Positions 16,767-25,802 of a DNA stretch of 64,000 bases are shown piece by piece. The stretch spans positions 1 through 64,000 of the IMG/VR virus record IMGVR_UViG_3300045988_112496. One strand, 5' to 3'. The notes under the pieces were generated by a model, which worked only from the letters and a program-made list of their open reading frames with translations, ran no database searches and was not told the origin of the DNA. The position numbers and the translations under genes were made by a program. Each line of letters opens with the position of its first letter. The stretch's first letter is position 1. Origin of the DNA: a virus.

Positions 16767-17109
16767 CCGGGATAATAAACTTCCTGGCTTTAACTAATTT
16801 CCCTTTATACCAGAATTTAGTAGAACCAGATTTAAGTCTTAGACCATTCATATCTGAAAGTGTTCTTATCCCTTGCCTAAGTAACTTCCTACCCGATATA
16901 ATATGGATATATTGAAGAACATCTACTCCGTACATATAAACCAAAGTCTTTTTTATTTGATACCGAGTGAAATATGGTATACCGGTTAAATGTTTCCGAT
17001 ATAAACTTTTTTCTGTGATATATCTGTTGGTTGTATCTGGTCTCCATGTCCATATATAATATCTGTCTTTTCTGATTGGTTCCCTACTACTCTCCTTTAG
17101 CTTTACCAT
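16546..17109 (-). CDS. hypothetical basic protein (187 aa)
   Basis: Long ORF. The C-terminal 73 codons overlap 16131..16766. Confidence 0.55.
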   Translation of the reverse strand: MVKLKESSREPIRKDRYYIWTWRPDTTNRYITEKSLYRKHLTGIPYFTRYQIKKTLVYMYGVDVLQYIHIISGRKLLRQGIRTLSDMNGLRLKSGSTKFWYKGKLVKARKFIIPDEYKIDKHRRRRFMVQMHRVFKSKGKKVFNERYSQKLYGQREGISSKYIRKKRIQIRSAILQDLQQAESRGEA

Positions 17110-17665
17110 TGTTCATAGTCCTCCTTGCAGTTCTAAACCAAAGTGTTATCGATTTATCATTTGCATCTGGGAACTTCTTTTTCATCCTTCTAGTTACTCT
17201 TTCTAAATCGTAACCTTTTGCAACTAATGACCATACATAGGATTTCTTGGTTCCCTTTATAAGGTTAAATTCATCCCTTTCTCTCGGAGGTTTTTTCTCT
17301 CTTGGCTTTTTTATTCCAGGAACCCTTTTTGATTTCCTTTGCCCATCTTCTCCTTCTTCTCCGAGAAACCCAAGCCTTAATTTCGAATTTCTTAGAGGGT
17401 CATCTTTTGAATAACCTATGTTCTCTAATTGTTTATCCATCCAATCATCGTATTGGTCAATTAATGATTTGTCAGGTTTATTAGTTGACCTTTCGATATA
17501 ACCAATTAAATCGAAAACTCCAGCAGCACAAGCATCAGGGAAAGGCATACCCAATACTATGGCTTTTCTTTTTAAATCCCTGTAAGTCATATTTCTCCCG
17601 GCTGAACCAAGAAAACTGGCTTTTTCTTTTGAGGGTGCTGGTTTATTCTTTTTGTTCTTTCTCAT
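17087..17665 (-). CDS. hypothetical basic protein (192 aa)
   Basis: ORF downstream of promoter 17688-17718. Confidence 0.7.
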   Translation of the reverse strand: MRKNKKNKPAPSKEKASFLGSAGRNMTYRDLKRKAIVLGMPFPDACAAGVFDLIGYIERSTNKPDKSLIDQYDDWMDKQLENIGYSKDDPLRNSKLRLGFLGEEGEDGQRKSKRVPGIKKPREKKPPRERDEFNLIKGTKKSYVWSLVAKGYDLERVTRRMKKKFPDANDKSITLWFRTARRTMNNGKAKGE

Positions 17666-17687
17666 ATCTTTATTTTTTAATTTGTTG

Positions 17688-17718
17688 CAAATATAATACT
17701 TTTTATTTATATACGAAA
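17688..17718 (-). promoter_or_regulatory. -7 box TATATTTG with weak -33 (TTTC), 19-nt spacer
   Basis: ATTTCGTATATAAATAAAAAGTATTATATTTGCAAC. Confidence 0.55.
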
Positions 17719-17724
17719 TAATTT

Positions 17725-18714
17725 CTATTTCTTTTTATAAAAAGCTGAGGTATCTGATACACGTTCAGCAGCCGTAGATTTAGGTTTTTTCTTTCTTCGT
17801 TTTTTAACCTTATCGGCGTTGAAGGCCATATCAAGTTGTTTAATACTGAATTCTATATTATTCACTTGATTATAGTTTACTGCTTTTTCCACGCAGCATC
17901 TGTACTCAGGCCAGAAACGTTGTCCCAATTTTACATCTACGGTTTTAATCATAAATTTAGATACCATGAAGCCAAAAGTATCTGCATCATCTTTCTTCTC
18001 AAACACATACATATAGAATCTACTAAATTCACTAACAACCTCATCTAAAGGTCTTACTGGCATTAGTAAATATCCATCTGTATATAATTCTTCGGATATT
18101 AAGCATACCCAGTATTTCTTCTTACCAGGTTTTACTTTATATCTAAACCTTTCTTTTAGTTTAGTGTGCATCCATTCAGGTACCCGATTTAAAAGATACT
18201 TAATGTATATTTTGTCCTTCTTATTCAACCTCCTTTTAAACGCAGAAGGCTGTTGTAACATTCTTGGAAGAATTCTAAAATTATTCCATCTATCAAACTC
18301 TAGAATTAACCTCATTGAATCTAAATCCCATTGGTCATCAGATTCCTTAAGTCTTTTCATATTCCTTTCGATATTGCTGTTACTTACTTTTAAGATTAAG
18401 TTAGAAGAGTCTCCAGTATATAGACTAGCTTCTTTTCTACTTAATCTTCTTTCGATACATCCTTCAATAAAATCACAAAAGCTTCTTTCACAAGGGCAGT
18501 CAGGTCGAAAAATAGAAGTATGTAACTCAAAAAAATCAGAGAATAATCTGAAGAACTTTTCTGACCTTTCTCTGATTTCTAAATACTTGTAATGTGACAA
18601 CTTTAAAATTTCACCAGCTTCCCAGGAAGATTTACTTTCGGATAATTGAAGGAATAAAGACTGTCTTTCAATTTCTGTTAAACAGTCCCAAGCTTTCTTC
18701 TGAGCATCATTCAT
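17725..18714 (-). CDS. putative transcription regulator with N-terminal sigma-region-4/LuxR-like HTH (329 aa)
   Basis: 'LTEIERQSLFLQLSESKSSWEAGEILKLSHYKYLEIRERSEKFF' resembles the LTxRE...G.S..EIA..L..S..TV HTH pattern. Confidence 0.4.
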   Translation of the reverse strand: MNDAQKKAWDCLTEIERQSLFLQLSESKSSWEAGEILKLSHYKYLEIRERSEKFFRLFSDFFELHTSIFRPDCPCERSFCDFIEGCIERRLSRKEASLYTGDSSNLILKVSNSNIERNMKRLKESDDQWDLDSMRLILEFDRWNNFRILPRMLQQPSAFKRRLNKKDKIYIKYLLNRVPEWMHTKLKERFRYKVKPGKKKYWVCLISEELYTDGYLLMPVRPLDEVVSEFSRFYMYVFEKKDDADTFGFMVSKFMIKTVDVKLGQRFWPEYRCCVEKAVNYNQVNNIEFSIKQLDMAFNADKVKKRRKKKPKSTAAERVSDTSAFYKKK

Positions 18715-18715
18715 A

Positions 18716-19429
18716 TTAATTCCTCCTAAAATCCATTATTCTATCTATTGATTCACTTGTTATATCATTTGGGTCATACTCTTGAGAGTTAGCATATAAC
18801 TTATCTGAGTCATAATTTTGATATACGCTATAGATTACATTATCAAAAGGTAACCATATTTCCATTTTACCCATTTCTGGATATAAAAGAAGTTGTACCA
18901 TTTTATTTATATGGTCTATACCCAATACAGTAGCATCTATGCCTTCGTATGGATAACCCTTGAGTACTAAATAATCGCCTATCTTAACATTCATCAAATC
19001 GTCTACGGAGTATTTCTTACCCTCTTTAGCCATTCTCTTAAACCTTTTAACATCATTCCTGGTACAAGTAGCTACCAGTGAGAAATCATCAAAATCTTCA
19101 GAGTTATCTATTCTAGCTTTCTTCTTTCTGGCATGAAGAGTCTCTGTAGACTTTAACCAGGTTCGTATACCCGATATATTTCTCTTCAATTTATTTAGAA
19201 AAGGTCTAGAGTACGCTAACTCTGTAGGCATCTTGATAAAACCGTAATTGAATAATATAGGAACTTCTTCGAATATCATCTTACCTTTTGCGGTTTTCTT
19301 TAAAACGTTTATCGTAGGGATAATGGCACGTACTTTTTTATATCCCTTTTCTTTAAGTTCTTTATTAATGTTCTGATAATACTTTCGTTCTATGTAGAAG
19401 ATACAATAAGAATAAGGGATACGTTTCAT
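18716..19429 (-). CDS. NusG/UpxY-like transcription elongation (antitermination) factor (237 aa)
   Basis: NGN-like N-terminus 'YCIFYIERKYYQNINKELKEKGYKKVRAIIPT...EEVPILFNYGFIKM'. KOW-like 'KIGDYLVLKGYPYEGIDATVLGID'. Confidence 0.55.
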   Translation of the reverse strand: MKRIPYSYCIFYIERKYYQNINKELKEKGYKKVRAIIPTINVLKKTAKGKMIFEEVPILFNYGFIKMPTELAYSRPFLNKLKRNISGIRTWLKSTETLHARKKKARIDNSEDFDDFSLVATCTRNDVKRFKRMAKEGKKYSVDDLMNVKIGDYLVLKGYPYEGIDATVLGIDHINKMVQLLLYPEMGKMEIWLPFDNVIYSVYQNYDSDKLYANSQEYDPNDITSESIDRIMDFRRN

Positions 19430-19430
19430 A

Positions 19431-19958
19431 TTATTTCTTTTTAATGATTAACTTAGCTTGCTTATGTATCTGCTTATAATCGATATTTTCTAGAATATCA
19501 CTTGCAAGAAATACATATAGATTAACTGAAGTACTGATTGACATACTGGGTTTTTTAGATTGTACCCAGATAAAATCCCCAAGAGTACCTGGTCCCCCCT
19601 CCACTACAAAGAAAAATTCATTTGCAGGCATTGAGTTATATCTCATACATAAAATAGGGAGTTTATTGGCTCTTTTAGCATCTTTACTTGCTTGTTCCCA
19701 GAATTTGAGTATATCACAAGTTTTATTGCCAAGTAGTACATGTTCGAATTTAATATCTTTATAGTTTTTACATTCGATGGATATTTTACATCGATGGGCA
19801 TGTCTTTCATCTGTACAGGTTAAATCAGAAGTGGCATCCTTGTTAGAATGCCAAGCTCCTGAACCTGCCCGATTCCTTTCAAATTTGAACCCGGTCCACT
19901 GAGTAAACCAGGCTCCTATTTTTCTTTCAAATCTGTTTCCTTTATTTTTTGAGTTCAT
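19431..19958 (-). CDS. PD-(D/E)XK nuclease, Hjc/RecU-like putative Holliday-junction resolvase (175 aa)
   Basis: 'KGNRFERKI' N-terminal motif, Asp in 'SDLTCTD', 'ISIECKN' (E-x-K). Lies next to the SbcCD-like genes. Confidence 0.5.
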   Translation of the reverse strand: MNSKNKGNRFERKIGAWFTQWTGFKFERNRAGSGAWHSNKDATSDLTCTDERHAHRCKISIECKNYKDIKFEHVLLGNKTCDILKFWEQASKDAKRANKLPILCMRYNSMPANEFFFVVEGGPGTLGDFIWVQSKKPSMSISTSVNLYVFLASDILENIDYKQIHKQAKLIIKKK

Positions 19959-19983
19959 AGGTTAATGTCTTGTAGTTATAACA

Positions 19984-21699
19984 TTATAGTAAATTATAAC
20001 TACTTAGGCCATTGACTTTTTCAACTTGCAGGATTTTCGTATTAGACAAAGGAAGAGAATCTAGATGGGTAATTAAAAACAGAGTTTTCTCTGCAAAAGT
20101 ATGTCTGATTAAGGAGGTTACAACTTCTACATTGTCTGAACTTAAGGATTCAAATACCTCATCTAAAAATGCTAGATTTATACCTTTAGACATTGTAAGA
20201 GATTCATTCATTGCAAATGCCATTGCAACATTTACCAATTGTTTTTCTCCACCGCTAAGTTCATCATAATCAATAATTTGCCCATCTCTTTCAATTAAAG
20301 TAAAAAATTCTTTTCTAGCAGTACCCAAATCTATGTTAAATTCAATCCTGAATCCCAATACTTGAGAATATTTATCAAGGGTTCTATTTAACATATCCAA
20401 GGATGAATCAAATAGATAAGCCTTGATTCCATTATTACCAAGAGGGTCATTAATTAACCAATTGTAGTTCTCTAATTCTAACTCCTTATTATGATAATCC
20501 TCATCTACCCTACGAAGTGTTTTTCTAATCTCTTTAAGTTTCTTTTTATACTTAGGAGACATAACCTTGAGTTTCTCTTGCTTAAGTTTTTCCAACTCCT
20601 CATCAATATCAGCAATGTCAGAAGCAATATCATCGCATTCTTTTTGAAGTCTCTTATATTTCTCGTTTGTAGTTCTCAATTCATCTAACCTATCCAAAGC
20701 TTCTTCGTACTCTTCTCGAAGTTTATCAGAATTTATAATTGCTTCATAAATAATATCTACGCTCTCCTTTGCACGTTTGTAGTGGCCTTTATCTAACTGT
20801 ATCTTTAGTTTCTTTACAAAATCTGGTAAAGATACTCCCTCTGCTACAGTACGATTACTTTTTAATTTTGACTTGAGAGAATCTACATAATTTGTATGTT
20901 TCTTAATCTTAACCTGAAGACTCTTTTCTACTTCATCCTTAAGTTGTTCTTGTTTTTTAATAAGTTGCTTAGTTAGGCTTTCCCTATCTTTCTTAAGCTC
21001 AAGCCTTTCAGTTTTAATTTTTTCTTTAAAACCCTTTTCTCTATCCCTTAAATCAAAGTAAGCTTCCTTGTGTGCTTCAAGCTCTTTCTTTAATAAAGCC
21101 GATTGATGTTCTACTTCATTAGCTTGAGCCAATAAGTTATTCTTATCTTGCAAGGCAATCCCTTTGGCAATATTAAGAAATTCTAAATCAAATACTTCTT
21201 CGAATATCTTCTTCTTATCTGAATTAGATTCTTGTATCAACCTTTTAATACCCTGCCCAAACATTATTGAGTTCATGAATAAAGTATAGGATAATCCAAG
21301 TTCTGCATTAATGGCATCTTGGAGTTTATTCTTACCCTTTACATTCACTACTTCATTATCCTTCATAAGGATAAGTCTATCTTTACCTTTAGCCCCATCC
21401 TCAAGGATTATATTACATTTCTGACATCGGATAATTTTATAGATATGTTCACCTTTTTGAAAGAATACCTCTACCATTACTCCCTGGTAATCTTTAGGTC
21501 TTACCTTTTCCCAAGTAGTTACTTCTGATACTCCTTTTAAGTTTTTACCATATATTGCCCATACTAATGCCGATAAGATAGTTGATTTACCTTTCCCATT
21601 TGGTGCCTTAATAAGTATGGTGCAACTTGGGTTTAAAGGTATATGTAGGTTTTCTATTGAACAGAATCCTACTACGTTCATCATCGTAAATGTTAACAT
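19984..21699 (-). CDS. Rad50/SbcC-like (T4 gp46-like) recombination ATPase (571 aa)
   Basis: Walker A 'APNGKGKST', long coiled-coil middle, ABC signature 'LSGGEKQ', Walker B 'LAFLDEVF'. Confidence 0.85.
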   Translation of the reverse strand: MLTFTMMNVVGFCSIENLHIPLNPSCTILIKAPNGKGKSTILSALVWAIYGKNLKGVSEVTTWEKVRPKDYQGVMVEVFFQKGEHIYKIIRCQKCNIILEDGAKGKDRLILMKDNEVVNVKGKNKLQDAINAELGLSYTLFMNSIMFGQGIKRLIQESNSDKKKIFEEVFDLEFLNIAKGIALQDKNNLLAQANEVEHQSALLKKELEAHKEAYFDLRDREKGFKEKIKTERLELKKDRESLTKQLIKKQEQLKDEVEKSLQVKIKKHTNYVDSLKSKLKSNRTVAEGVSLPDFVKKLKIQLDKGHYKRAKESVDIIYEAIINSDKLREEYEEALDRLDELRTTNEKYKRLQKECDDIASDIADIDEELEKLKQEKLKVMSPKYKKKLKEIRKTLRRVDEDYHNKELELENYNWLINDPLGNNGIKAYLFDSSLDMLNRTLDKYSQVLGFRIEFNIDLGTARKEFFTLIERDGQIIDYDELSGGEKQLVNVAMAFAMNESLTMSKGINLAFLDEVFESLSSDNVEVVTSLIRHTFAEKTLFLITHLDSLPLSNTKILQVEKVNGLSSYNLL

Positions 21700-22667
21700 G
21701 ATTCAGCTTTTTTAAGTATATCAATCAAAAGTTCTTTCTTATCTTGCTCAGTTATACCTTTTTCTTTAAGATACTTCCTTGCTAGAGCTTTTTTAGAAAG
21801 TTGCTTAGTAATTTTATGGTTAGTATTTACTAAGTTACTAGTTTTCTTAGGTAAAACGGTATAATAATTGCCATCTTCCTTAATTTCTTCTTCAGATTCT
21901 ACATCAATAAATTTTGGGAATTGCTTAAGGTGTACAAACTGCATTGATAAATCAGAATAAATTTTCCAATATCCCAATTTACAATCTCTATCAGTTCTCC
22001 TCTGATGATTAGGAGCTCCTATCATATAAACTTTCTTTGATAATCTTTGGGGTTTATGTATATGACCACATAATACCAAGTCAAATCTATTCAGAATGTT
22101 TACATTAAGATTTTCTACCGAATCAACTTCCCTACCATCCGTATCCTTTGCTCCTGGGTAATCGGTATGAAGAAGAAGGATATTCTTTACATTCTTATCT
22201 AGTTTGAGTTTCTTAAGATATTCGCTTAGTCCCACATTATTATCAATATAGGGAACACCATAAATATGGTAATCACCATAAGAACTCCATTTACATCTAG
22301 ATAAATCAATACAACTCATAAAATTCTTATGAAATACAAATGGCCACCCTTTACCTACTTTATTTATCTTATTTACCAATTTCAAATCATGATTACCATT
22401 GATGTAGATTAGCTTGAATTTTGGATAATTACCCTCTACTCTATCAAACTGTTCAGCAACGAATATTGCTAAGTCTTGGTCTATTGATTCTGGCTTATGA
22501 AATAAATCTCCACAGAATAAAGCCGGACATTTGTATTTCTCACATTGCCCCGCAATAACATCAAGGACCTTGATGCTATTCAAGGTCCTATTATTGTTTT
22601 CATTGAATTTTGCCCATAGATTAATGTGCAAATCTGAAAATGCTATAAATACTACTTCCTTACCCAT
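21693..22667 (-). CDS. Mre11/SbcD-like (T4 gp47-like) nuclease (324 aa)
   Basis: Calcineurin-type phosphoesterase motifs 'SDLH', 'GDLFH', 'GNHD', 'LLHT', 'GHIH'. Confidence 0.85.
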   Translation of the reverse strand: MGKEVVFIAFSDLHINLWAKFNENNNRTLNSIKVLDVIAGQCEKYKCPALFCGDLFHKPESIDQDLAIFVAEQFDRVEGNYPKFKLIYINGNHDLKLVNKINKVGKGWPFVFHKNFMSCIDLSRCKWSSYGDYHIYGVPYIDNNVGLSEYLKKLKLDKNVKNILLLHTDYPGAKDTDGREVDSVENLNVNILNRFDLVLCGHIHKPQRLSKKVYMIGAPNHQRRTDRDCKLGYWKIYSDLSMQFVHLKQFPKFIDVESEEEIKEDGNYYTVLPKKTSNLVNTNHKITKQLSKKALARKYLKEKGITEQDKKELLIDILKKAESC

Positions 22668-23358
22668 TGATAAAATCGTTGATAAGTTTTCTACGAATAT
22701 CCAAATTAGCTTCTCTTATACAAAGAACTTTAGTTTTACCATAAAGGGATTTAATTACTCCCTCGGTTGCACCGTATTCTAAAAGTTGATTCTTGAATAT
22801 ATTCTTGTATAAAGACTGTATCTCTTTAGTAGGTAGAAATCCCCACAAGTTCAATACATTATCCATTATAGAAGATATTAAGAACTGGAAGTAATTATTC
22901 TCTATTCGTTTGCCATTATCTTCCATAACCCATTCCTTTACCATTGCAGCAGTAAAATCTAATAGAATAAGATGAGTACATTGTTGATTGAGTAACATCT
23001 TACAAGTTTCGAAGAAGTGTCCCATTTCGCATTTAGGAACATTCTTTGCTTGCTTATAATAAAAGTAAGCAGCTAAATCAAGATAACTCCGGTCTGTAAC
23101 AAATCTATCTCTGTCTCTGAATAGTTTATTTCTTAAGTTCATTACCTGAAAATCTTCTAGTAATAAATCTTTAGAATCTCTCTCTAACATTTCTTTATGA
23201 GACATGTCTTTGGTTTTTGGGATTAAATCAGATACACTACCAGAGATAAACTCTAACTCGGGAGGGTATTCTGATACATCGAATTTTACCATTCCAGGAA
23301 CTTCTTTTGCTAAAGTGGTTTTCCCTACTCCACTTGCACCTGCAAACATTATTTTCAT
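22660..23358 (-). CDS. P-loop nucleotide kinase (dNK/dNMP-kinase-like) (232 aa)
   Basis: Walker A 'GASGVGKTT' at the extreme N-terminus. 'TDRSYLD' resembles the (E/D)RS motif of deoxynucleoside kinases. Confidence 0.5.
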   Translation of the reverse strand: MKIMFAGASGVGKTTLAKEVPGMVKFDVSEYPPELEFISGSVSDLIPKTKDMSHKEMLERDSKDLLLEDFQVMNLRNKLFRDRDRFVTDRSYLDLAAYFYYKQAKNVPKCEMGHFFETCKMLLNQQCTHLILLDFTAAMVKEWVMEDNGKRIENNYFQFLISSIMDNVLNLWGFLPTKEIQSLYKNIFKNQLLEYGATEGVIKSLYGKTKVLCIREANLDIRRKLINDFING

Positions 23359-24227
23359 TCTGATAAATCTTTAAAGGGTTTAATAAATTCTTTAGTTAGA
23401 AAGGAAGCCAAAGAATACTCTATACATAACTTCCTAAATTTATCATAGTTGAAAGTCTTCTTCTTTTTGATGGGTATCTTTTCTAATGGTACATTACCTA
23501 CAAACCAGAATAAGTCAATCAATTTACGATTCCTTTCCCATACTTCTTGATACTCTGGGTTAGGTTTAGCTTCAAGATATTTATATATGGACTTATATTC
23601 ATCTAATATCTTTCTTGCCGTTACTGGACCTATGCCTTTAAAACCAGGTATATCATCAGAAGTATCTCCTACCATTGCAAGGTACTGTACAGTTTCATGT
23701 GAATGATAACCGAAAAGTTCTTTGCAATTATCCATTCGAATTATCTCATCCTTTCTAGGATTGATAATCCTAACGTTTCGGTTTAGCAGTTGATTAAAAT
23801 CCTTATCTGATGATACCAAGATTACCTTATCAGACTTATAGGTATTAATAATTAGGTATGCTAAGAAATCATCACCTTCATATTGAGTTTTATTCCTTTT
23901 ATCGAATATATAAGAAATTCTTAGCATACCCAATATCTTCATTATGATTGCCTTTTGCATTTGCAATGATTCATAATCAACTGATATATTTTTCCTATGC
24001 CCTTTGTAATTAGGTAATAACTTATCTCTTACTGGTGAATGACCATTATCAAATGTGATAACTACTTCGTCTGGTTCGAACCTTGTAAGATACATATGTA
24101 AAGATTTGAAGAATCCGAAGATTGCTCCACTTGGTTTACCATCTGTACTTTTAAGTTTTTCGAACTTATGAAAAGATTGATGGAGAATGTTCTCTCCATC
24201 AACTAATAATATTGTTTTCTTACTCAT
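23355..24227 (-). CDS. 5'-3' exonuclease / flap endonuclease (T4 RNase H / FEN family)
   Basis: 'LLVDGENI', 'EGDDFLA', 'SSDKDFNQL', H3TH 'GDTSDDIPGFKGIGPVTA'. Start moved to the ATG at 24227 (MSKKTILL). Confidence 0.85.
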   Translation of the reverse strand: MSKKTILLVDGENILHQSFHKFEKLKSTDGKPSGAIFGFFKSLHMYLTRFEPDEVVITFDNGHSPVRDKLLPNYKGHRKNISVDYESLQMQKAIIMKILGMLRISYIFDKRNKTQYEGDDFLAYLIINTYKSDKVILVSSDKDFNQLLNRNVRIINPRKDEIIRMDNCKELFGYHSHETVQYLAMVGDTSDDIPGFKGIGPVTARKILDEYKSIYKYLEAKPNPEYQEVWERNRKLIDLFWFVGNVPLEKIPIKKKKTFNYDKFRKLCIEYSLASFLTKEFIKPFKDLSE

Positions 24228-25368
24228 CGTCTTCCTCCTCGTCTTCTGCTTCATTAAATGATTCATATTCTACTCCATCTACTGGATAATAATTAGTAGT
24301 CAAAGCTTCCAACTTCTTCTTAGTGGTACCGATAGTATTAATATCTGCTTTACGAAGTAGTTTACGACGAAGGTCATCGTCTTCCTCAAGGAGCTTTTGG
24401 AATTTCTCTTCACCTCTTGCAAGAGTTTTACCTCTGAACTTATAAATCCCTCCTGAGGATTTTTCGATTATATCATTTTCTACTAAAACGTCTTCGAGTC
24501 CAAAACATCTATCAAAGCCGACTTCATGGAACTTAGGGTTAAAGTATACCGGGCATTTAGAGATTGTAGGTCGTGGAGGAGCAACCTTATTTTTGATAAG
24601 TCGGATTGTGACCAACTTGCCTGCTTTTCGTTCTTTACCTTTTTGCTTAACCGTGATGCTTCTTCCAGAATAGAAAGCTGCTCTAATAGAAGCGTAAAAC
24701 TTGAGTGCAGCTCCTCCGGTAGTTGTTGTATTATCTTTTCCGAATCCGACATTGAGTGCTGTTCTTAATTGGTTAATGTATATTTGACAAATTCCGAGTT
24801 TATAGAAGAGTTCACTTCTGATACGGAAATATTTATAGAGAGCCTTTGCTCTACCTCCCATCTCTGCTTTACCTTCTGCCATTTTAGCATCAATATTATC
24901 TGCACAATCCATAGCAGCAATAGAATCGATTACTAAGAGTATCGGTTCATTATTAGTTAACTGAGAACGAAGGTATATTGCTAAATCTGCTACTGCATCT
25001 GATACATACTCAATACGTGTATCATTAATGCAGGTTACTTTAGTTGGGTCTACTCCATTAATCTCTGCCCATGAGTTCATCCAAGATTGTTCGGCATCTA
25101 CCCATATTACATGACCACCCAATTGAATGGTAGAATATGCGAAGTTATAAGCAATTAAAGATTTACCTGAAGATTCTTCTCCGGCAATTTCTATTGACTT
25201 TCCCCAAGGTATACCTCCTCCGAATAAGTAATTTAATGCGAAGAACGTTGATGGTAACCATAATCCAGTTTCCTTTGTTTCAGAGGCAATCTTAATCATA
25301 CCTCCATATTTTTTCATAATCTCATTTTTGGTTGGTACTTTTAAACCTACCTTTGTTTTCTTTGCCAT
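24220..25368 (-). CDS. RecA/UvsX-like recombinase (382 aa)
   Basis: Walker A 'GEESSGKS', Walker B 'LLVIDSIAAM', acidic C-terminal tail. Confidence 0.85.
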   Translation of the reverse strand: MAKKTKVGLKVPTKNEIMKKYGGMIKIASETKETGLWLPSTFFALNYLFGGGIPWGKSIEIAGEESSGKSLIAYNFAYSTIQLGGHVIWVDAEQSWMNSWAEINGVDPTKVTCINDTRIEYVSDAVADLAIYLRSQLTNNEPILLVIDSIAAMDCADNIDAKMAEGKAEMGGRAKALYKYFRIRSELFYKLGICQIYINQLRTALNVGFGKDNTTTTGGAALKFYASIRAAFYSGRSITVKQKGKERKAGKLVTIRLIKNKVAPPRPTISKCPVYFNPKFHEVGFDRCFGLEDVLVENDIIEKSSGGIYKFRGKTLARGEEKFQKLLEEDDDLRRKLLRKADINTIGTTKKKLEALTTNYYPVDGVEYESFNEAEDEEEDDE

Positions 25369-25369
25369 A

Positions 25370-25780
25370 TTAGATTCCTCTTGATTTTAAAATGTTCATT
25401 GCATGACTCAAGATATTCTTCTCTTCGTCTGTAAACTTCATAAGACTAGCCTTATCGAATACATATTCTACTAAGTGATATCCCATAAAAGGTACTTCTG
25501 ATTTTTGACCATTAGGGAATTCAACTTTAGTATACATCCATGAAAATACCATGTCTGCCAAAATTGGGTCTACTAATTCCAGTACTAATACCGGGTGTTC
25601 GAAAGCTTGATTAGGTCTACATAACCCTGCTTCTTCATATTTCTTTCTGATTTGTTCATGAAAACCTTTTACTTTAGCATAATCAAAGTTTTCTCCCAAA
25701 CCATTAATCTCACAAAATCTTTGGATAATCTTAGATTTCTCTTCGTCAGATAAACCTGACCAATATTCTTTTGATACCAT
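25370..25780 (-). CDS. hypothetical protein (136 aa)
   Basis: Minus-strand ORF. Confidence 0.65.
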   Translation of the reverse strand: MVSKEYWSGLSDEEKSKIIQRFCEINGLGENFDYAKVKGFHEQIRKKYEEAGLCRPNQAFEHPVLVLELVDPILADMVFSWMYTKVEFPNGQKSEVPFMGYHLVEYVFDKASLMKFTDEEKNILSHAMNILKSRGI

Positions 25781-25802
25781 AATGTAATGTATTTAGACTA
25801 AA

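Noticed and set aside
683-17718. Possibility that the reiterated approximately 30-bp promoter sequence is a CRISPR array or another tandem repeat array.
   Set aside because: Copies are 1-5 kb apart with genes between them. They are not evenly spaced, and they match a known promoter consensus in the right position relative to start codons.
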